A stretch of DNA of 63,994 nt, counting the filler, from Peribolospora baueri (taxonomy: Eukaryota): NCBI GenBank assembly GCA_029717555.1. It is 6 parts of 6 records of this genome, joined end to end, with 100 filler letters (N's around TTAATTAATTAA, not from the genome) between each part and the next. Parts side by side here need not be neighbours in the genome. Positions count along the whole stretch, not along the records: positions 1 to 13,288 come from JAMDHS010000170.1; positions 13,389 to 26,383 come from JAMDHS010000171.1; 4 more parts are not named here. One strand, written 5' to 3'. The translations under genes were made by a program, and so were the position numbers. Below, piece after piece: positions 11,829 through 22,273 of the stretch (positions are counted from its first letter, which is position 1; each line of letters opens with the position of its first letter). A model generated the notes under the pieces. That model saw only the letters and a program-made list of their open reading frames with translations, had not been told where the DNA came from and did not search any database.

Positions 11829-13288
11829 GGCCGGCCGGATCTGGATCCAAGTTGGGTCGCACGCGGCAGCGAGAGACGCTGCTCAAGAGAAAGGAGCGGG
11901 TCGGTTCGGCGTGGCGACGTCGGGGAGAGAGAGAGAGCGAACCAAGTCCGAGGCAGGGCGGGGCGGTGAAGGTGAACGCGCGGGCCGATCGACCGATCAC
12001 TTGCGCCGCCGACGACGGCCCGAGGACGGAGAGAAGGGTTGGGGTTGGGAAGGAGGGAGAGCGGAAAGGAGTGAAGGAGGGAGGATGGAGGATGGAGAGG
12101 GGACGAAGGGTTACGTGGATGGGTGGATGGATGGATGTCGGGTCGGAGCCGGAGGTGACTGACGGTGGCGGAGGACGAGGACGAGGAGGCGGCGCGTATG
12201 GTGGGCGTGTGTGGGGGAGGTGTCCGAGGCGAGAGAGAGAAGAAAGGATACCGTATACGGTACGCTGGTGCGAGTGCGAGTGAGGCCTGTCTCAGACAGT
12301 TAAGTATACTATGCACCGCTCTCCACGTCGACGCCGAGCGGGGCGGTGCTGTGTGCTGCGACGCGCGACGGCGGAAGCACAAGGCACCAGGCGGTCGGGG
12401 AGAGAAGATAGGGGAGGGAGGGAAAGGCGATGATGGAGAGACGGGGAGATGGAGAGGGGGGAGGTGGAGAGAAGAGAGCGGAGCGGTGTGGTGGACGCGA
12501 GGACGACGACAACGATGAGGAACGACGACGACGACGACGGACTCGGACAATGACGGCGACGGCGGAGGCGGCGGTTCTCTCCAGCGGACTAGTTCGAGGA
12601 TGTAATAATGTATGACGGTATGAGCGACGACGGAGGGACTAGAAAAGAAGCGCCGCCGAGGAACACTCCGTCGTCCCTCTTTCTCAGAGCAGAGCAGAGC
12701 AGAACAGAGCAGAACAGAGCAGAACAGAACAAAGTAGAACAGAACAAAGCTGACGAGCTGATTCTACGAGTACGAGCGAATGCGTCCAAGCCGTCTCCGT
12801 CTCCTCTGTCTCTACCTTCACCCTTTTCGCCTTGCTTGCTTGCTTTCAGCAGCTTGCCTTGCTCACCGCCCTCGTCGGGTCGACTGCCCAACCGACCAGC
12901 CGGGCGGAAGGAGGCGCCGACGCCGGCCGGCTGAATTTGAGGGGACCGTCGCCGACGCCATGCATGCGACGAAGCCAAGCGATGTAATTCTTCTTCTCGC
13001 CTCCCTGGTAACCAACCCGGACTGGCCGTGCCAAACGAACCGTCGCACGCCCGTCCTCCTCCCTCCCCTCCTCCTTCTCCACTTTTCGACGCACGCACCA
13101 GCCAGCTGCCGTCCAGCCGGAAAATAACATCGGTGTACATGATCCCAAGTTCCGTCTTCAAGGGCTCGAGGCCCGCAGCCGAATGCGGCGGAAAATAAAC
13201 GGTCGTCACCCACGGTCGTCGTCCCCCAATGCCACCCTTCGCCCACCATCGTCACCCCTCCGTAGCACTTCTGTTAAATGAAAAAAAA

Positions 13289-13388
13289 NNNNNNNNNNNN
13301 NNNNNNNNNNNNNNNNNNNNNNNNNNNNNNNNTTAATTAATTAANNNNNNNNNNNNNNNNNNNNNNNNNNNNNNNNNNNNNNNNNNNN
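13289..13388. other. Artificial contig linker (N44-TTAATTAATTAA-N44)
   Basis: Six-frame-stop 12-mer embedded in N runs, 100 nt in total. Confidence 0.98.
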
Positions 13389-13391
13389 CAG

Positions 13392-13530
13392 TAAAGCCTT
13401 CCTGCGCCGCGGCCCCCCGGCAGCGCATGTGGAAAAGGTGTCCATATTGAAAGAGGAGGAGGTCGTCGTCGACGACGACGATGGAGATGCGGACTGGAAG
13501 ACGTTTCGCGTGCTACGCACCGTGCGATGA
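13392..13530 (+). CDS. Acylphosphatase, last exon only (5' part lost at contig edge)
   Basis: After CAG at 13389-13391 the frame reads KAFLRRGPPAAHVEKVSI...WKTFRVLRTVR*, matching the acylphosphatase C-terminal GPxxAxVxxV...F pattern. Absent from the ORF track. Confidence 0.65.
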
Positions 13531-14115
13531 CATGGGTGTTGCATCGACCACTGGAGTCCCTTTTTTTTTTTTGCCTCTCATGACGTGCTACGACTCGAGC
13601 TCGGTGCTCTTCTTGACTCGATCGATTGATGCCGGTCCGGAAAGTATCACATAGGACAAAGCCCGTCTCCTCTCCGTCTGGTACGAAGCTTGGCTTTTGG
13701 TTGGGGCCGTCGTGCGCCGACCGAGTCGAAACGGCGGAGGAGCCCCACTAAGAATGAGTTTTGGCGTGCGTCGAACCAGACCAGTTTGACAGAGATGCGA
13801 AGCGAAGACTAGCTTTGACCTCTTTTTATCTCCACGGCAACGGGATAAGCCTCATTACCGACGGGCAAAGCACAAGAGTAGACTCATTTCCGCCACGTCC
13901 GTACCCACGATGCGCTCTCGAGGTGGTGGAAAAGTTCGAATGAAATTCTGGCAAAGCGGAGAATGCAGCAGCGGCGCACGAACGGCCAGCCAGGGTGGGA
14001 ACGCCGAGAAAGGGCGACGGAGAAGCCGAACCGAAGGGTCACCCGCCCGATCCAAAAGAATGGAAAGAAAGAAAAGAGTCGAGGAGGGAGTACGCTGGGA
14101 GCAGTGTGATCCGAA

Positions 14116-15184
14116 CTAGGCGACTTTGAGGACTTTGTCTGTACGTGCGAGGAAAGCGGGCAGGCGGCGAGTTAGCATCCTGCCTGTATCTTCGTCCTCA
14201 TCATCCTCCTCCGCTCACGCCAAATCAACAATCCCCGGAAATGAACTCACCCTTCGTCCTTATCCTGTACAAGAACCCGACGACCATATCTGTCTCCCTC
14301 ACGCTCTGCTGAGCAAAGTGCTTAGCGGCGACGGCAGCGAGGTACCTTTCTCCGTGATCGCGGTTGTAAAAAAAGTTCGGCATCGGCGACTCTTCCTTCT
14401 CGCCCTCCTTCCCGCCGCCTTTGTTCGCCTTGTCCTTGTCTCTCGTCGCCCCGGACGTACCCGCGTGGCCTGCCGTCGCTCCTGCAACCATCTGACCTGA
14501 CCGCTTGCCCACGCCGTTCGCCTCGCTGAAACCCGCGTCGCCGTCTCTGGCCCTGAGACGTGAAGTGGTGGTGTTCGAGGGATCGATGTCGCTCCCTCCA
14601 ATCCCACGCCCGCGCCCAGCCCTGCGCGGCGCATGCTCGTCGTCTTCGTGGTCTTCGTGGTCTTCGTCCTCTCCGTCGTCCGACGGGGTGGGGGAGAGGG
14701 GGATTGGGGGAGGATAGGAAGGCGCGAGACCGTGATAAGAGACGTAGCGCTGGATGGCAGAAGGCGAGAGGAGAGTGAAATCGACCTGCGACGAAGAACA
14801 AACGGGGGCCGTAAGGGAGATGTATAAGCAGAAGTGACGAGGGGACGATCGCCCTGAGTGGGGGTGGGGGAGACGCCGTCTGGCCATCCATGCGAGCCAG
14901 CGGCGTGCACTCCGTCCACCATATCCACGCCAAGTCGGCCAACTCACCGAAGCGCTCCCAGGCCCATCTTCCCTATTCGCCCCCCCGTGCGCCGCGGCCG
15001 TCGCAGCCGCCGCACCGGCCTTGCCGTCCCTCCCAGCCGTCGTCCCTGTCGTGGGGCCCCCCCCTCGCTCGTCCGCAACTCTTCGCCGTTTCGTCTCTCT
15101 GCCGCCGGCGTTCGCGGAGGCGGAGGAAGCTTCCCCCGGGGCTGAGGAGGGCGCGGGGCGCCGTGACGAGCGCGAGGTGTTCAT
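14116..15184 (-). CDS. SAP30-like Sin3/Rpd3 HDAC complex subunit (Sin3-binding domain), 3 exons
   Basis: VDFTLLSPSAIQRYVSYHGL...LAAVAAKHFAQQSVRETDMVVGFLYRIR. Introns 14786-14947 and about 14139-14250; last exon DKVLKVA*. Confidence 0.8.
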
Positions 15185-15324
15185 CTTGTGCGGAATCCTA
15201 GACGGTGGAGGTCGATGCGAATGCGGGCGGGTCGCTCGCTTCGTTCGTGCTTCCCTCCGGGAGGCTGCCTCGCGACTGCGGCATCGGTACGTGCACCGGT
15301 GATCGGACCATTGTTCGCCCGATA

Positions 15325-15334
15325 GTCACGTGAC
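15325..15334. promoter_or_regulatory. Perfect GTCACGTGAC E-box (bHLH/Cbf1-type site) ~140 nt upstream of the SAP30-like ATG
   Basis: 10-bp palindrome in promoter position. Related CACGTG sites occur near 21639 and 44938. Confidence 0.4.
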
Positions 15335-16219
15335 AGGGACGGAAACAAAGAGCGGTCGGCGAGGGTAGAGTCGTGTCTCTTTTTTTCTTCCATCCCGTTT
15401 CTGTACTTTTGTCCACTTGAGCCGCTCTTTGCCGCATAGCCGTTCCTAAAATGCCAACCAACTGATATGCCTGCGAATCTGACCGTCCTCGTCCGGAGAC
15501 CGCGGGATGTGCATGGCCAAAACAGCGGATTGACCAAGTGCATGCATGGAATAGACGTCGACAGCTGACCCAGTCAGAGGGGGGCACGGAGGAATACATG
15601 AGAGCGAAGAATGCATGAGAATAAAGAGGGAAACGGGCCGAGCCGAGCGCGCGGTGGGCGGGCGGGCTCAGATTGAAGTCAGGAGGGGAGGACGGTCCCA
15701 CCGCAAAAGGGGGACCTTTCGCCAAAGACTGTCGTGCCGTGCCGTGTCGTGTCGGTGGCATCACCCATTCTCGGCTTATCGCGACCGGCTGCTGCTGGAC
15801 GGAGCTGGCGCAAGAGGGACGAAGGAATGAAGACAGCGTCCGTGAGGCATGCTTGAAACGCGGGCAGGGAGTAAATTCCGAGTCGGACCGTCCATATGCG
15901 CTCGGGGAGCGTGCTAGCGGAAACTGCGACGTGGAGGCCGTGCGACAAGGAGGACCCACGGTGGCACGTCGCCCTCGCTGACGTATAACGTTCGTCCCTT
16001 CACAGAAGAGCTTGGGACCGGGGCCGTCAAATACGTCCGAGGGCGCTACACGAAGAAGGGCGCCGACGCGGGCGTTGAACTCCGAGACGCGACGCCGATC
16101 TCGACGAACTTGATTGGCGCGAATCAAAAGTCGACGCTGGCTTTGGCGTCAAGTGGGCAAGGAGATGAAGACCTCGCCTCGTTCAATTGAGGAGGGGCTT
16201 GGGACTCGGTCCGATCGGC

Positions 16220-19200
16220 TCAAGTGTCGGAGAGCACGAGCGCCAGGTCCCTCTCGTCGAGCGCAGCGATGCCCTGCGCGGTCGCTTTCAACCGGAGGTT
16301 GCGGTCGAAGGAGACGAGCGCGGCGGGCACGGCGGCGTCGAAAGCCGCACCGTCGCCGCCGCCGCCGCCGCGAGTATGGACGACCTGCTGGGCCTGCTGC
16401 CCAGCGACGCGCAAGATGACTTGGTCCATAGACCGCTCATTCTCGCCAAAGTCAATGTTCTCGTTTCGGATGCCCAAGTCGCGCAAGCGGTTGCCTTCGC
16501 TCGTGACGACCTTGAGGAACCGACAGCCGCGGATCTTTGACTCGAGATAGGCCACGGCGCGAGCGGCTTCCTCGCCCAACGTCCCGCCACTGCGCTTGAG
16601 TCCATCCAGCTCGGTAATGACCGCCAACGGCACGACGACCGTCCACTTCTCAGAGTCGAGGAGACGCCCAAGGTATTCGCCCGGGGTGAGAAGGATATTG
16701 GTGTCGACGACCAGCGTCGTGTACCCGGCCGTGCACGTGACCGGCATTCGGCGCGGACGTCGCTGCTGCGGCTGCTGCTGCCGGCCGGGATGGAACTGCT
16801 GGCGCGACGACGACTGCTTCGAGGCGGCGGCCGACTTGTCCGTCCTCGAACGCCGTCGGCCCTGAGCGATGGAGAGAGTGCGAGCCGTCTTGGCCTCCTT
16901 CAGGAGCGCTTTCAAGTGTCTTCGCCGCGCCTTGAGCTCGCGAATCATCTCTGACTCGGTCGCATCGTCGTCGTCGTCGTCGTCGTCCTCCTCCTCGCCT
17001 TCGCTGGACGACCCGTTGTTCGAGTCTCCTCCCTCGCTGTCCTCTTCCTCCTCCTCTTCGCCGATGGCAAGCCTGCCCATCCGTTGGCTCAACCGCTCCG
17101 CCCCTAGGCGAGCCACTTTCTTCTCCTCCTCCTCTTCCGCCTTCCACCGCTCCAGCTTGGAGGCCATCTCGCCTCCGATGGAGATGCGCTTGGAGCCCTG
17201 TTCGAGCTTCAAGCCGGGCACGATCCGAGCGAGGGCGGAGAGCGTCAAGCCGAGCCTCTTCCAACGCAAGTCCGGCAGGCGATCGCGCTCGTGATCAATC
17301 TCCTCGTCCTCGACGATCCCATCCACTTCCTCGCCGGTCAACAAGCCGTCCTGCCTGTCGTCGAACGTCAGCACGTCCATCTCCGACTCGTACGCCTGCG
17401 ACGCAGGACGAATGGACGCCCCTTCCCTGCCGCCTATGTGAACGCCGCTGGTCCTCCAAAAGCCGCGCTCGAACACTTTGCGGCCCACCCATTCCATGCC
17501 GCGGAGACACCAGTCTTCGGGCAACGGACGGGCGCTGACGATCTTGCTCGGAGCGTCGGTGCGGAGGCCGACGTTGGAAGGCAGGGCGCCACTGATCTGC
17601 GCCACGCGTTCCCAAGGCACTTGACGCTCGAGCAGCTGGACGGCGGAAGGATGGCGTAGAACGGTAGAAAGAAAGGTGAAGAAGGTGGTGATGTACGGAT
17701 TGATGAGCCTGGTCAGGCCGTAAGGCCGAGTGGGGTGGGAGAGCGCGAAATCGAGCATTGCGAACGCCAGCTGACAGGCGTGGCGGAACGTCGACGGAGC
17801 CTCGTCCGCACCGTTGCGCTCCTTGTTAAAAGCGAGGGACTGATCGAGGGGTAGGACGTCCGCTCCGGCCTTGCCTCCGGGCGGCGGAGAAGAGATGTCG
17901 CCGGGTCCGACGACGCCTTCGCCCGAGCCGCCGCTGTCTCCGACATCCGACCCTTGGCCTTGTTCGCCATCCTCCTCGCCCGCGCCGAAAACGCCCTGGT
18001 TGTCCTCGTCCGCCTTGACAGACCGAGAAGAAGCGGAGGAGGGACCGGTGTGGACCAACAGCGCCTGTGGCGTGACGGTGCTCGCTTTGTCCGTTTGAGA
18101 GGCTCCGCCAGAATCCTTGCTCCGTCGCTGCGTCTCTCCCTCGGCGAGACACTTGCGCAGCGCCCCGTCCTCGGCACCGTACTGCAGGAGCGCGGTGATG
18201 TTCACGACGGCCATCATGATCCACGTGGCCTGCGGGAGGGGCTGCGCCTGGGAGACCGACGCGCCGGCGTCCAGGGCGAGGGCGGGTTCGCGCAGCTTGG
18301 CTATGAAGCGAGAGAAGACGGCGTGGAAGTCGTCCAGTTGGACGCGGGTGAAGAGCATGCAGTGCAGGTGTACGAAGAGCTCCACAGTCGAGGCGTCCGG
18401 ACGGGTGCGACGGATCTGCTGCTCGGTGTCGAAGAGGGGCAGGATGGACTCGCGCGCGCTGAGGAAAGGATGAGTGGTCGTGAGACTGCGGGACGACGGG
18501 GAAGAGAGGGAGTGTGCAAAAAATTCCATGTCAGCGAGGGAAGCCCTTACGGGACGCCCTATCATCCTCCGCCGCCGACACGAAAGCGGAGGCGAAGAGA
18601 AGGGTGAAGCGAAGCGAAACGAACGTACCTCTTACAGAAATGATACAGCGAGCGGAGATCATCCTGCCTGCACAAGATGCCCAAATGGTGGTGCAGCCTG
18701 CCCGTGCCAGGCATCTCGGCGAGGCCCTTGGCGTACCAATCCCGAGCCACGTTCCTCCACGTCTCTCTCTCCTCCACCTCCCACTCCACCCACGCGCCCT
18801 CGCCGATGCTTGGCGCCTCAACCGACGGCTCCCGTTCGTTCTCGTCGTCGTCGATCCGAGGGAAGCGCGTCGGTTGAGACGGAGAAAGCCGGTCGTCGCC
18901 GCCGCCACCGTTGGCGGAAGGAGGGTTCGCGCGGCGAGACGAGCCATTGCGGGATTGGCTTTGAGTCACAGAGGCGGCCAGACCGGCGATCGCCATGCGG
19001 TACCGGGCGAGGTCTCCAAGGCTCTCTATCCAGGCGCTTCGAAAACTTGCGAACGCCGGTTCCTCAAGGAGGTTGGTGTAGAAGGAGTAGGCGTAGTATA
19101 TGAAATCTGTCAGATGGTCCAGCACGGCCAGTTGCGAGGGCGTGGCTTGAGCCATCTGCGGCGCTTGTGGGAGATGATGTCGCATTCGCTCGAGCAGCTG

Positions 19201-19636
19201 GTGGAAGGCGTTTTGCCACAGCCTTGTGGGCACGTTGTATTTTTGCGGCAGCGAATGCAGCGACGCCGGGAGGCGCGGGTTCAGGGCCATCTGGAGGAAG
19301 GTGTAGTGCGCTTCAGCCAGGCTGAACGCGAAGAAGAAAAGAAAAGAAAAGAAAAGAAGAGGAGGGATGAGAGACATCGGCGAATGATCAGCAAGACGAT
19401 TCAATTCGTGCACAGCCTGCGATTGCAGCTCGCACAAGGCCGAGCGATCCGTCGCCGCAACTCCCGCTCGCTCGCTCACTCACTTCTTATGGCCTTGCGC
19501 CAACCTGATCCAATACTCGTTATCGGCACTCATCACGTCCGAGCTCGCGCCTGCGCCTGCGCCCGCGCGGACGTCGAGACCTTCCGACAAGCCGTCTCCG
19601 CCGAGCACGACTCTGGGCTTATTGTGATCTCCACCG

Positions 19637-19669
<33 letters not shown>

Positions 19670-21020
19670 ACGCGATGCTCCTCCTGCAGTTTGCTCTCCA
19701 GCGCCATGATCTCTCTATAGGCGCGTTTGAGCTCTCGCACAAAGCTGTTGGCCGCCGAGCTCGTCTCCGCGTCACCTCCATTCGGCGCGCCCGCTTGGTC
19801 GTCCGCCTGGCCTTCGCCGTCGGTCGTCGACGTCGCGCCTCCTCTGCCCGCCGCGCCGCTCCCCTCGCCCTTGGCCCTACGCCGCCTCTTCTCCCGACTG
19901 GCGTCGCTGGACGTCTTGGAGACGACGGAAGGCGCGGAGGGAGCCGAGGTGCTGGCGAAAGTGAGGGCGGAGGAGCCGATGGAGCGCGTGTCGGACACGC
20001 TCGTTGCCGACGCCGTCACGTAACCGCCCGCACTTGTTGCCGCCCCTTGTTGTTGACCGGCCGGCTGACCTCCGACGGTGCTCGAGGCACCTCCCGAGTT
20101 GCGCTTCTGGATCGAGAAGCGCACGGGGTCGTGCCGGCGGGGGTCGAAAAGTTGACGGGAGGGACCTGCACCTCCGCCTCCGCCGGGAACACTCGAACCG
20201 ACGGCGGGCCCTGTGGCGGGCCCATGGTGCGGGCCGGTTCCATGCGCATGAGGGTGAGGGTAGCCCTGATACGCCTCCCTGGAATCCCTCGCGCTCGATC
20301 GCTTTTTCCTCCCTCTCGCGGCGCCCGACCTGTCTCTATCCCTATCTCTGTCTCGTTCCCAGTCACCTCCATCGATCTCCCGCGGCTCCTCCTCCTCCTC
20401 CATGCCACCCGCCCGCTCCGTCCCGTACCTTCCTCTCGTCCCTCCCTCCTGCTCCTCGGCGTGATCCAAGAACGTGGGGGCCGCGCCTGGGCCGGTTCCA
20501 TTGCGCACCGTCGGGATGGGATCGTAGTCGGGGTCGTAAAGTCGCATGGAAGGGCCGGCGGGCGTCCTCGAACTACGCCCTCCCGCTCTGCCGGCGTATC
20601 TAGATGAAGAGGAAGGGGCGTGCGCGCCGGGACGAGCGGATCCGCCGTCGGCGCCCGGTGTCCCTCGTCCACTTGAGCGGCCGTCTTCGTTGCGAGGTTC
20701 GGCCTGACGGGATACGCCGCTATCATCCGCTTTGCGTGGGGGACGCTCGGATTTGGACGCCCTGAGCAGAGGGACGGGCGAGAGAGGGAAGGGAGACGAT
20801 CAGCGACGCGAGCCTCGCAGCCGGCCTGGCTAGCCAGCCTCCTCCTGCGCTCCGCGCACCCCTCGCTAGCGTTTCCTGGGACGCACCTAGCGTTCTTCCT
20901 CTGGTAAGCGATCATAGCAGAAGCGATGTCTCCTCCGCGCACGCCGCTCTCCCTGGCTGCGGGCACGGAGAGAGACTGGGTAGCTGCGCCGCCGACATCT
21001 CGCGCTCCTCTGGGCGACAT
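16220..21020 (-). CDS. EST1/SMG6-like protein (EST1 14-3-3-like region + C-terminal PIN nuclease), about 4 exons
   Basis: EST1 motifs: KYNVPTRLWQNAFHQLLE, DFIYYAYSFYTNLLEE, WIESLGDLARYRMA, WYAKGLAEMPGTGRLHHHLG, LPEDWCLRGMEW. PIN motifs: LVVDTNILL, VITELDGL, MDQVIL, SFDRNLRLKA. ATG at 21020; introns about 20762-20886, 19322-19481 and 18460-18628. Confidence 0.9.
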
Positions 21021-21605
21021 GCCCGGGCGGCAAGAGTGGGGGTCGGCCGTGTGCGGCTCTGGTCGGTGATCCGGCGTGACGATGTTGAAACTGGACGTGG
21101 ATCTGGCGCGGGAAGGCGGGGCAGAGACATGAACCGAGGCCGGATGGGGTGGCGAACGATGCGGGGTGAGCGGGAGAGGGGAGGTGGATGAGGGGAAGGA
21201 AGGGAGCGGGGCGAAGATCGGGGAGGATGGGGAAATGGAGGGAGGAGCGAGACAAGCAGACGACGGCGGGGTTGGCTGGAAGGGGGGATGAGAAATCGGT
21301 ATTGGGTATGGTGGTGGTGGTGGTGGTAGCCGACAGAGGGCTACGGAGTGAGTGGATGGAATGGGGGAGCGATGTGATGCGATTGTCGCCTTGCAATCGT
21401 CGGCCGTTGGCCCTCGTTCGTTCGTCGTTCGTCGTTCGTCGTTCGTCGTCGTTGGCTGCGATGACACTTTGCTGCGTGGGTGACTTGAGCCTGAGCCGGC
21501 CCATCGGGCGACCGGCGGGCCAGTCAGTCAGTCACCGCGACCGCGACTGCGACTGCGACTGCGCAGCGGCGAAACGTTGCTTGAGCGTAGACGACGGGCG
21601 GGTTA

Positions 21606-21615
21606 GTTAGGGTTA
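21606..21615 (-). promoter_or_regulatory. Telomere-like box TAACCCTAAC in the divergent SMG6-like/Crz1-like promoter
   Basis: GTTAGGGTTA on the + strand. The identical 10-mer occurs at 26834 and 33466. Confidence 0.4.
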
Positions 21616-22273
21616 GCGCATGTGCGTAAACGACTGTGCACGTGAGGTAGCCGACGAGGCGAGGCGGCGTCCTCGTGGCGGTCCGCGTGGCTCGTCTCGG
21701 AACGACGGCTGGCGTCGGTGGTGATGATGGATGGGGCCGGCGGACGGACGGACGGACGGACGGCGTCGGCGTGGCGCGGTGTTCCTGGCGGACGTCGAGT
21801 CGGGCATCTATCAAATGGGCCGTCAAGGTGGTCGTCTGGCGCCGCTGTCTCCGTCGGCCGTGACTTCCATCGCCGTCGCCGCCATCGCCCTCATCGCTGC
21901 CGCCGGCCTCTCATCCACACCCTCCTCGCCGCACCCAGCACAAGCGCAAGCACACGCACACGCACACGCACAACCACAACCACAGCCACAACCACAACCA
22001 CAACCACACATATACGCCTCCCGCTCGCGTTTATGCCCGCGCCCCCCGCACATCGGCTCTGATCATCTATCTCCAGTCGCGCCCGCTGACCGCCACGGGC
22101 GAAGCGAACGGCACCCATTTCCACCCGACGCTGACGCCGGGCCGAGACAGACAGGACGGGCAGACAGCCAAGACAATCAACGACGGTATCGCAAACCTCG
22201 ATCGTCTGTCCGACCGTGTCCCCGTCCAGTTACACCACCACCACCACCACCACCACCCCATCCCTCCACCGCC

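Noticed and set aside
13333..13344. TTAATTAATTAA recurring about every 13 kb
   Set aside because: Synthetic six-frame-stop spacer inside N padding.
18514..20607. 697-aa + strand ORF and other long shadow ORFs (e.g. 23578-24621, 37345-37968)
   Set aside because: Antisense to well-supported genes. These are expected in GC-rich DNA with strong codon bias and have no recognisable domains.
21731..22273. 181-aa in-frame N-terminal extension of the Crz1-like factor
   Set aside because: Made largely of microsatellite-derived sequence. The ATG at 22274 has a strong context (ACCGCCATGG) and marks the start of clear codon bias.
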